NCBI GenBank assembly: GCA_028534125.1
Contig: CM052818.1
Coordinates: 37,636,001 to 37,700,000 of the forward strand
Direction of reading: 5' to 3'
Length of the DNA: 64,000 nt
DNA from: Lama glama
Lineage: Eukaryota
Shown piece after piece: positions 51,271-62,020 of this stretch. Under the pieces are notes generated by a model that saw nothing but the letters and a program-made list of their open reading frames with translations, did no database searches and was not told the DNA's origin. How positions within the stretch are numbered: position 1 is the stretch's first letter; each line of letters begins with the position of its first letter. The position numbers and the translations under genes are program-made.

Positions 51271-52089
51271 CATTAAAAAGAGTTTTGTACAATGCTTGAG
51301 AATTGAGACAACACTAAGAAAACAAAACAGATTTCTGTAGGGAGAGAAGGGCAGGACATGATCACTTTGTTTGAACTGTGAGCCAAGATGTGCTTCAGTG
51401 TTGTCCCTGGAGTATCATGATTCTAGTAGATTTCATTTCTTATTGGAGCCCACTCAGGTTGAGGTTTCCTTTTAATTGCCATTTGTATTATTTGAAAGGA
51501 CAGTGATGCCATGCTCTTGTCTAAGCTTTTGTTTGCACTACTGCCTGTCACCAAGTTGGATTTATCATGCAGGTGTTAAATAAGAACCCAACTAACTTTC
51601 ATTTGTCTCATTGCAGAATCTGGTGATTTTCCTCTGCACAATCCCCTAGGATTCTTTATTATTTTTCCAAGCATGTTTCTTACTTGCCTTGAATGTAGGC
51701 AACTCTCGAATGTAGGTCTTTGTGAGCCAGAACACACTTCTCCCTTAGGGGTACTTGGAGGAGGAAAAAAAAAAAAAAAAAAAAGAATGCCTTTTACATT
51801 TCCACACTGAAGGACATTTTCCTCAACATGAAATGGTAACCTTCAAATATATTGGATAACTGACTTTTCAAACCTAATTTAGAAAAGAAATACTTCAAGT
51901 CCTATGAAAAAGACCCCTCTGGTGGGCCAGTCTCTCCTCTTGGACCCTGGATCTCAGTCCTCCTTGCTTTGTCAAGGATGTTGTTCCTTCATTTATTTCT
52001 TCTCTTCTGTCCCATCGCTCTCTGCTCTATTGTTGTTGTTGTTGTCAATTTCTATAAGCAAAGAAACATGCTTTAGTCATCTCATTAAT

Positions 52090-53338
52090 TAAAAAAATAA
52101 AAGTCTGCTGTCTCCTCTTGTCCCTCTGGCTACCTTCCCATTTCTCTGCTCCCCTCTAGAACAACACTTTAAATAAACAAGACAGTTTCACCCACACAGT
52201 GTTTCCACTTCCCCCCCTGTCAGTCTGGCCTCCAGCACTGTTTCATCCTTATCACGCCACTGAAAGTGTTCTTGTCAATGGATGCTTTTCTGTCCTTGTC
52301 TCACCCAGTCTTTTCGCATTCTCCTTTTTGACTCTTTGCCTAAAACAGGAACAAATTGGAGCTGTTCCTTATTTCCACTTGTACTCCTAAGGCAGTCCAT
52401 TCATTACCAGTTGTGACCAGTATCTGCATGAGGGGTAACTGCAAAATTCATGTCTCCAGCTGAGATTTCTCCACTAAAGATTTCAAACTTATCTACTGTT
52501 TAGCTACATTTGGATGCTTCAGAGTTAACATGAGCAAAACTTTTTATTTGGAAAATTTTCCAGAATATACTTTCTCCCTTTTTCTTCTTTGTCTCTTTTC
52601 AGGATGCCATTATTCCTCAATGATGATTTGATTATTACTGAATAACTTGGTCAAATCAGAAACCTGAAATGCAGTCTTGATTCATCTCTTTACTTCACCC
52701 ACAAAATCAAATTTATTCACAACTCATTCGTGTCTTTACAAAATATGCCTTGAACCCACCCTTTCTTGAGAATTACTCCTATGATCATATTTTCAGAAAT
52801 AATCATACCTCATTAAGATGATTCCTAGAGCTCCCTAATTGGTCTATCACGTTTACTCCACTACGATCCATTTTCTTCTTAACAACTTGAGTGATATTTT
52901 TCCCAACATAGATAAAATCATATGATGCTCCAGTTTAAAAACTATTAGGGGCTTCTCACTCATGTAAGGAGAAAACCCAAACTCCTTTTCTTTGCCTACT
53001 TGGTCCTGCTGATCTTGCCCTGATCTCTCTCCCTTCTTATCTCAGGACTGTCTCTCCCTCTCCTGGCCGCGGCCTGTCCTCTGACTTCAGAGACTGCATT
53101 TTCTAGGTGCTTTGCCTGGATTGGGATGCCTTTACAGATTCTTCCATGCCTGGCTCCTTCTCGTCCTTTGTTTCATCTAAACCCACAACTACCTTTTCTC
53201 AATCATTTCACCCCGACATGATGTTTCTGTCACCTTACCTTCTCATGTTAATGATAGCACTTTCCAAAAAGTCTGGAATTATTCATTATTTGCCTAGGAT
53301 GTTGTAGATACACCATAAAAAAACTGTTGAATGAATTA
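52090..53338 (+). mobile_element. L2, long 3' portion
   Basis: catgtctccagctgagatttctcc; cagaaacctgaaatgcagtcttgattcatctc; tail aaaaactgttgaatgaatt. Confidence 0.75.
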
Positions 53339-54384
53339 ATGGCGATGATTTTCTGGGACTGAAGAAAAAAGAAGACGTATATATAGTACTTACCAGTCTC
53401 ACACTGGCACGAATTTCTTCACAAAATTGTGACTTCTTTTCACTGGCACTAATTATTCAGTCTACAGATCATGCTCCCTTCTATTTTGTAGGAGGTTGGA
53501 CTAATTTGTCAGGAAGGTGAAAGTTTGGATGAACTAACCTACATAATTAAAATACTAACAAAAATGTTTAAATGGTAACAAAAGAAGACAATAAGCAAGA
53601 AAAGTAAACAAATAATGAAAATTTTATTGGATAATAATTTCATAGCTGTTGTGAACCTGCCAAATCTTGTCTGGCTCTCTGGAAGTAAGCTGGTACGAAG
53701 GTGCTCCCAGTGTTTACAAGCCAAGAGCAAGGGACTGGTATTCTCCATTCAAGGGGCCAACTTGTAACTACAGAGACAAAGGCATGTCTTTCTCAACTTT
53801 CCTTATCCCTTCAAATTTTTCCCTCAGAAAATTTTACTAGTCAGTTTCAAAGTTTGATTAATCTGAACGCATCTGGCTCTTATAAGCTTTTTACATTTGT
53901 AGTTTTTTTTTAAATTGACTCCAATTCCTTGAATAAGAACATGAACTTCAGAATTCTAAAACATGATGATCTGATAAGAGAAAATGAAAGTGTTTATGAG
54001 CTCTTGAGGTTATTTTGGGTCTACATCTGGACTAAGTGTGGGAATGTACATGGTTATAAGCTAATTTAAATAGCGCTGGAAAGTAGTGAAAAATGTTTCA
54101 TGAATCACCAAACTTGGATTAGCATTTTATTCATCACAGTGCTTCTCACCTTAATAAAAGGCTGAATGAGCCAAGGTTCCATGCTACCTGTCACATCTTC
54201 ATGAGTGAACACAAATTTTGAGACATGACATACAGAAATCACAGGTATATATCACCAAGAAAGAAAAATAAGGACATTGTTAGCAATATGATGTTATTGA
54301 TGTAAAGGAAGCAAAATGCTCATGGGTAGGGCAATTTAGGTACCTACAACAGCTGAGGGAAAAACAGTTTCCAAAGCTGATGTT

Positions 54385-54525
54385 TGGGGGAAGGGTATAG
54401 CTCAAGTGGTAGAGCGCATGCTCAACACCCAAGAAGTCCTGGGTTCAATCCCCAGTACCTCCCCTAAGCAGAAATCAGTGAAGACACCTAATTACCTCCC
54501 CCTCATTAGAAACAAACAATACAAG
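54385..54525 (+). mobile_element. Camelid tRNA-derived SINE (Vic-1-type) with intact A and B boxes
   Basis: A box tagctcaagtgg 54398-54409, B box ggttcaatccc 54442-54452; TSD caaagctgatgtt at 54372-54384 and 54526-54538. Confidence 0.93.
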
Positions 54526-54801
54526 CAAAGCTGATGTTCACTGTACCAGGAAGTTCCAAGTTCATGACCTGAGTTATTTAGTCTGGTTCTTTAAACCCAC
54601 TACTAGATTTTGAGCTGCTTAAGGACTATATTTTTCATATTTATATCATGGATAGCTGACAAGGATTTTTGGTACATAATAGTCATCTTTGGAATTAATC
54701 AAAGAAACATTATTTGGCCAACTTTCATTTTTTGTTAAATAATATAAAATATTGTCAGTACTTTCGGCTTGCGTGAAAATAACTATCATTTGTGCTGTTT
54801 A

Positions 54802-55305
54802 CAAATGGTCTGCAATGTATGATGGTTCTACTTAACAGTTTTTTTTGACAATATAGTGGTGCAAAAGCAATATGCATTCAGTTGAAAGTGTCTTTGAATA
54901 TTTTATTTGGGTCTTTTCAAGACTAGTGTTATGCAATACAATGGTCTTTTGTGATGCCTGGCAGCAGCGAACCACAGTTCCCAGTCAGCCACGCGATCAC
55001 AAGGGTAAACAACTGACACACGTATAACCATTCCGCACCCAGACAACCATGCTGTTTTTCACTTTCAGTACAACATTAAATAAATTACATGAGATATTCA
55101 ACATTTCATTATAAAATAGATTTTGTGTAAGATGATTTTGCCCAACTGTAGGCTAATGTAAGTGTTTTGAGCAGGTTTAAGGTAAGCGAGGCTAAACTGT
55201 GATGTTTGGTAGGTTTGGTGTAATAAATGCATTTTTGACTAATGGTATTTTCAGCTACTACGAGCTTGTTGGGATGTAACCCCATTGTAAATCGAGGAAG
55301 ATCTG
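54802..55305 (-). mobile_element. MER47/Tigger5-derived MITE
   Basis: gatgattttgcccaactgtaggctaatgtaagtgttttgagc...aaccccattgtaaatcgaggaagatctg matches the MER47 terminus in reverse complement. Confidence 0.88.
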
Positions 55306-56859
55306 TGTTTGGTTTTTGATTGTGTCCTTTTGGAAAGAAGCTATCTGAAATTATGTAGAGAACTGAGCATATATTTGAAAGACACCTTTCTTGCCCTAAA
55401 TATACTTCTGTTTATATTGCAAATATGCTAGTTATTACTATTATTTGTTTTTTAGGAATTGATAGTATGCTAAAAATTCAGTATTAGCAAAGTTAAACAT
55501 GGTTCTGTTTTAATAAATGTTATTGTAACTTTCAGATAGAGAAAAATGGCGTATCTCAAGAAATTTCTGATGACAAAGCTTTAAGCAGGTTTTAAACTTC
55601 CAAGTAATCAGTAAAATTTAGCAGTGCCTTTCACTCTTCTTATTAACTTTACAGATTATGTTGGAGATCAGGGTAAGAAGATTGAACAAAATTATCCCAA
55701 ATTTTGATACACTCCATATGAGTATGCATATATTAATATTAGATAGGAAGAAGAAATAACAGCCTTGATGAAGCTGTTTTTAACTAAAACATAGAATGTA
55801 CTTCAAGAAGTTAAAGAACCTGGTGATTTTTAGGGACGCTAAGAAGGCAAATCCTTGTTGAAAAGTTAAGCAGCCATTTAAAGGCTGCATCTGGCCCACA
55901 TATGGCATTTTTTGTTATTTTGTTTTTATTTTTTCTGTAATGGGACAATATTTTCTCTGTCCATGCTTATCACTGACATGAAGGCAGATTAGAAGACTTC
56001 TAAAGAAGGAACTCAGAGGAAATTTGTTATTTAGATCAGGGAGATAAAATCAGATTTAAATTATTGAGTAATAGATAACAGCTGAAATTTACTGCCAGGT
56101 ATTGCGCATTATTGCCAGGTGTTTCTACTTGAAGTTATTCTAGATTTTATCTTAAATATGATATGCAAATAATGGTCGGGGGTTATTATTATTACTATTA
56201 TCATAATAGAGATAGTGGTGTGGACTAATTTCGAGAACCATGCATACTGTTCAATGACCTCACATGTACTTCTGCTCACTAGAAACCTAACTGCCCCCAA
56301 CCAGGACTAACACTTCGAATCTCTCTGCGCCCTGTGGCAATGAGTGGAAAAATTAACACACTTCTGAAAATGACCTAGATTTTAGGAATCTAATTTTATT
56401 TGAGAAAGCCTAAGAAATGTCTGTCATCGTAAACAATGTTTGATAAAGGAATTTGTTTCGTTGTAGTTTTATTGTTTAAAAATGAAAATTCAAGGTCATT
56501 TAAACAATTAGAAATGATTGTATTGAGAACAAAAGACATTGTAAGTGGTAGTTTATAAGGAGAAGATGCTAATACCTTTATGAGAGACTACCGTTAGCTC
56601 TCAGTGATAGGTCACCGCACCGTCTGTGCATCTGATATTGCAAACGAGGAGTCCTACATGCGTACAAGTTAAGCATGAGTTTTGCCCACATTCTTAAGGG
56701 TTCTGAGCCAACAGTTCCGGGTGAAGCCCAAGTGCTTGAAGGGCTTCTGATTTTGGTTCTTGAAAGAAAACATATTGAGAAGCACAGACCTAAAATATCC
56801 TCCCACCAGCAGAGACCTGGAAAGTGCCTTCATACGGCCTTTCTCTTCTGTATTGATTT

Positions 56860-57170
56860 GTTTTTCCCTCTTATCCCATTGGTTCATTTTAACATCCTCT
56901 CTGAACCCTTTGCAGATCACCTTCAGCACATACTTTCCCAGTGTTCACTATGTGTCCCTTTCAGTAAAACTGCCTTAGCACATCAAACAATACTCATTTT
57001 ATTTTATATTGTTTCTAATTAGTTTGTCAGCTCTTTAAGGACAAGAACGGGGACCCTTTTTCCTTTTTACTTAATTTGAAAAATCATTGGTGCAAAGGAT
57101 AGTGCCTAGTATATAGGATGCACCCTATACATATATAAATAAATGAATATATTGAAATGAATGGATAAGA
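56860..57170 (+). mobile_element. L2 3' end
   Basis: gtcagctctttaaggacaagaacggg...atagtgcctagtatatagg...attgaaatgaatggat. Confidence 0.55.
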
Positions 57171-58003
57171 ACAACTAATCAACTAAGCTGTTTCTATATA
57201 AGCATGGTTCTGGCTTTGAAAGAAATGAGACACGTGGAAGACATGATTTGGTAGGATCTGTGTTCTTTGTGTGTGCCCAACTTTATGATCATTTTGCATT
57301 CTCTGCGTAATTTTAAGAACGTAAGTTCTTGGCAGAGATCCTGATTTATGACTTCAGTAACAAGTGTCTGAGAGTCCAGTCATTAGTATCTATTGTGTGA
57401 ATCTGTATTTGGTGCCATAAAGTCTAATAGAATCCCCAGTTACTGATCATAAGAAATAGCTGATTTTTAAATACTGAAAGTAAAACATCATGCTAAGTGC
57501 TTTAATTATTTTTTCCTTGAAACGGATGGTTTTTTATTATATCTGACACTATTAAGAAAAATGAATTCTTTGGGGGACTAAAATCTGAAAAGGCTGCACA
57601 TTTTAAGTGCTTTCTCTTTGGGTGAAGATTTATTTTATTTTAATGTGGGACCACTTAGTGAGTGAGAAGGTTGTAAAAGACTTTTGTGTGCGCATTAAAA
57701 TTTTACATGCTCTATGTTCTTAATATTTCACAATGTGTATCATTATGTATTTCCTGAAAAAGAAGAGGGTCCCACCGAATGAAAATAACAATACTTAAAG
57801 TTGCCATTTGTGGCTACCTAGTATGTGACAGACACTCAGACCCCTGCTTCATGTATATGATTAGGAGACTTGCGGGGTTCAACGTGGTGTGGTTGTTCCT
57901 TGCTGGGTAGTTTTCACGTTGAATGAGAGATTCGAGTGTTCGAATAGACCTTCTAAATAGTACCCGCTCAGGTTCCTGTATGGATATTTTTTAAGAGATC
58001 AGG

Positions 58004-58483
58004 CAGGCGCACCTCGTTCTGTTGCTCTTCACTTTATTGTGCTTTGCAGATACTGCATTTTTTACAAAGTGGAAGTGTGTGGCAACCCCGTGTCAAGCAA
58101 GTCCTTTGGTGCCATTTTACCAATAGCATTTGCTTATTCGTGTCTCTGTGTCACATTTTCGTAATTCTCAGGGTATTTCATATGTTTTTATTATTATTAT
58201 ATTGGTTATGGTGATCTGCGATCAGCGATCTTTGATGTTACTACTATGACTTGTTGAACTCACTCATTAGCATTTTTTAGCAATAAACTATTTTGGGGTT
58301 AAGGTACGTGCGCTGTTTTCCTGGATACGGTGCTATTGCACACTTGATAGATCACAGTACAGTGTAAACATATCTTTGATATACAGTAGGAAACAAAAGA
58401 ATTTGTGTGACTTGCTTCATTGCAGTATTTGCTTTATTGTGGTGATTTGGAATCAAACCTATGCTATTTCTGGAGTATGCCTG
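58004..58483 (+). mobile_element. Tigger1 internal-deletion derivative
   Basis: caggcgcacctcgttctgttgctcttcactttattgtgctttgcagatactgc ... tatttctggagtatgcctg: both Tigger1 termini, no transposase. Confidence 0.9.
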
Positions 58484-59265
58484 TCTATGTTTGATTTTTC
58501 AATAAAGACCTATGATTGTGAGAAATATGCTTAATTAAACATAAAATGGCGATGGAACATAATTTTTGAAATTGGAACTACTTTGAAAAATCTGCGGAGA
58601 GTGGTCATTACAACCAGCAGTCTGAGCTTTGCACTGGATCGTCTGAAGCTATGTGCCTGTGTAATCCCATGTAGATTCTTGGCTCTAAAGATGTTGCCGC
58701 TTCAAATGGAAACACTTAGGCAAAACTAAAAATGCTTTTGATCAATAGGAAACCCTATCTTAACCTGGTTTATGGACACTTTTGTGAGGGAGACCTTCTT
58801 CCCATGGAGTTGCATGGTAGGCTGAGTAAAGTAGGTCTGGGGTCACATTTTGTACGTTATTTTCATTTTTCCTTGTGGATCCAGGGCAGAGGATCTTTTT
58901 TTTTTTAAGTACATCAAATATGATATATTTTGCAATAATTTCTCATGCATTCAGAATGTATTTGGGCTTCTCTTGTATCACTTGAGCTAATATAATCCCA
59001 GGATGCAGCCTTTCTCAAAACTTCACCTACACATTTCTTTCCCAGATTGAAAACAAGAGTTTCTCCTCCACACTTTTCTTTTTTCTTATTACTCAAAATG
59101 AATAACTATTGCCAGTAGTTACTGAAAACAAAACAAAACAAAAGATCTGGATGAAAGATTATATTTGCAAAGTGTGACTAAATTACAAGGGTGTATGTTG
59201 AAATGCATGATGTTATTAAAGGCATATTTTAATACAGTTTTAAATTCTAAGACAAAAGGATTTTC

Positions 59266-59407
59266 AGGGGGAGGGTGTACCTCAGTGGTAGAGTGCCTGC
59301 CTAGCATGCAAGAGGTCCTGGGTTCATCCCTATTGCCTCCATCAAAGTAAATAAATAAACCTAATCCTTCCCCCCACCAAAAAAAAAAAAAAGTAGTTTA
59401 AAAAAAA
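59266..59407 (+). mobile_element. Camelid tRNA-derived SINE (Vic-1-type)
   Basis: ggggagggtgtacctcagtggtagagtgcctgcctagcatgcaagaggtcctgggttc; 18-bp TSD taagacaaaaggattttc at 59248-59265 and 59408-59425. Confidence 0.93.
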
Positions 59408-59471
59408 TAAGACAAAAGGATTTTCTATAGAAAATATGTATTTTGAAATAAAATCTGAGATTCAGATTCTG

Positions 59472-60721
59472 TTTTTTTAATTGAAATATAGTTGCCTTGT
59501 AATATTACATTAGTTTCAGGTGTACAGCATAGTAATTTGATATTTTTATAGATTATATTTCATATAGTTATTATGATATAGGCTATATTTCCTATGCTGT
59601 ATATTACATTCTTGTAACTTATCCATTTTATACCTGGTAGTTCATTACTCTTAATCCTCTTCACCTATTTTTCCCTCCCTCTCCCCCATCTGGCTACCAA
59701 CGGTCTGTTCTCTGTGAGTCTGTTTCTTTTCGTTATATTTGTTCATTTCTTTCATTTTTTAGATTCCACATATAAGTGGAAAAATACTGTTTTTGTCTTT
59801 CTCTCTCTGACTTGTTTCACTAAGCATAATATCCTGTGGGTCCATCCATGTTGTTATAAATGGCAAGATTTCATTCTTTTGAATGGCAGTGAGGTTGCTT
59901 TCATATCTTGACTATTGTAAATAATGCTGCCATGAACACTGGGGTGCACATACCTTTTCCAATTAGTGTTCTCATTCTCTTTGGATGAATACCCATGAGT
60001 GGAATTGCTGGATCATATGGTAGTTCTATTTTTAATTTTTAGAGGACCCTCCATACTGTTTTGGCTATACCATGCAAATGGCTATACCAATTTACAGCCC
60101 CACAGCACTGTACTAGGGTTCCCTTTTCTCTGCATCCTCCCTGACACTTGCTATTTCTTGTCTTTTTGAGGACAGCCGTTCTCATAGGTATAAAATGATA
60201 TCTCATTGTGGTTTTGATTTATATTATTTCCCTGATGATTGGTGATGTCGAGTATCTTTTCATCTGTCTGTTGACCATTTGTCTGTCTTCATTGGAAAAA
60301 TGCATTTTCAGGTCTTCTGCCCATTTTTTAATCTGGTTGTTTGTTTTTTTGACACTGAGTTGTATGCTTTCGTTATATATTTTGCATATGAATGTCTTAT
60401 CAGACATGCTATTTGCAAATGTCTTCCCTCATTCCGTAGGTTGCCTTTTTATTTTGTTAATGGTTTCCTTCATTATGCAAAAGCTTTAACGTTCGATTAT
60501 GTCCCAATCGTTTAATTTTCCTTTTGTTTCCCCTGCCCGAGGAGGCAAATCTAAAAAAAAGCATTGCTAAGACCAGTGCCAAAGAAAGTACTGCCTATGT
60601 TTTCTTCTAAGAGTTTTATGGTTTCAGATCTTAAATTTAGGTGTTCAATGCATTTTGAGTTTACTTTTATAAATGATGTGGAAAAAAAGTTCTAATTTCC
60701 TTTTCTACACGTAGCTATCCA
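59472..60721 (-). mobile_element. L1 3'UTR plus ORF2 C-terminus
   Basis: Minus ORF 60219-60407 [40 protein letters not shown] matches the L1 ORF2 C-terminal region; poly-T at left end. Confidence 0.93.
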
Positions 60722-60888
60722 TGGAGTGATGGAGGTCAGCCTTGGACGGGGGCTGAGCTGGGCCTGAGGCATGGGAACAGCGGTTCTGATTTGGTTCCTC
60801 TCCCTTCTGTGGCATACAGTGGTGGTCTCCACCTTGGGTGGGGGCAGTGTCAGGGCCTGAGGGGCTGGAGCAAGAGCCCAGTGCAGTG

Positions 60889-61388
60889 NNNNNNNNNNNN
60901 NNNNNNNNNNNNNNNNNNNNNNNNNNNNNNNNNNNNNNNNNNNNNNNNNNNNNNNNNNNNNNNNNNNNNNNNNNNNNNNNNNNNNNNNNNNNNNNNNNNN
61001 NNNNNNNNNNNNNNNNNNNNNNNNNNNNNNNNNNNNNNNNNNNNNNNNNNNNNNNNNNNNNNNNNNNNNNNNNNNNNNNNNNNNNNNNNNNNNNNNNNNN
61101 NNNNNNNNNNNNNNNNNNNNNNNNNNNNNNNNNNNNNNNNNNNNNNNNNNNNNNNNNNNNNNNNNNNNNNNNNNNNNNNNNNNNNNNNNNNNNNNNNNNN
61201 NNNNNNNNNNNNNNNNNNNNNNNNNNNNNNNNNNNNNNNNNNNNNNNNNNNNNNNNNNNNNNNNNNNNNNNNNNNNNNNNNNNNNNNNNNNNNNNNNNNN
61301 NNNNNNNNNNNNNNNNNNNNNNNNNNNNNNNNNNNNNNNNNNNNNNNNNNNNNNNNNNNNNNNNNNNNNNNNNNNNNNNNNNNNNNNN
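60889..61388. other. Assembly gap (about 500 N)
   Basis: Run of n. Confidence 0.99.
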
Positions 61389-61616
61389 TATTTGCCCCAA
61401 ATGACAAATGTGTATTCATTTAATTTAGTAATTTTTCAATTTTGGAAATTTTATTTAGTTATTTTTTATCATTTTTTTCCTTTTATCTCTTTGAGCATTA
61501 TAATCATATTTTGAAGTTTTTTTCAGATTTAAACATTTTTAGTTTATATTTTGTTTTGAGGAAATAAGTCACCAGACTGATAAATCAGCAACCTGAGCAA
61601 AGCAACAATTTTGGAC

Positions 61617-62020
61617 TGTGTTATAAACTAAATTGTGTCTCCCAAACATTCACATAATGAAGCCCTAACCCTAACGTGACTATATTTAGAAATAGGGTTT
61701 TTAAAGAGATAATTAATGTCAAATAAGAGTATAAGAATGGAGCCCTAATCCAATAGAACTGGTGTCTTTATAAGAAGAGAAAGAGACAACAGAGATCTCT
61801 CTCTGTCTCTTGCTCCCTGTGCACACAGAAGAAAGGCCATGTGAATATACAGCAAGAAGAGGGCTGTCTGCGAGCCAAGAAGAGAGGTCTCAGCAGGAAC
61901 CAACCCTGCTGGCACCTTTATCTTGGTTTTCTAGCCTCCATAACTGTGTGAAAATAAATTCTATTGTTTAAGCCACCCAGTCTGTGGTATCTTATTATGG
62001 CTACTCAAGCTGACTAATAT
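61617..62020 (+). mobile_element. MaLR LTR (MLT1A/B-like)
   Basis: tgttataaactaaattgtgtctccc...gccctaatccaatagaactggtgtctttataagaagag...aataaattctattgtttaagccacccagtctgtggtat...gctgactaata. Confidence 0.92.

Noticed and set aside
54385..54460. tRNA gene-like sequence (also at 24854 and 59266)
   Set aside because: SINE heads with A-rich tails and TSDs, not complete cloverleaf tRNA genes
60705..61423. Longest ORFs in the track (188-231 aa)
   Set aside because: Artefacts of reading through the N gap; the same applies to 35963-36151
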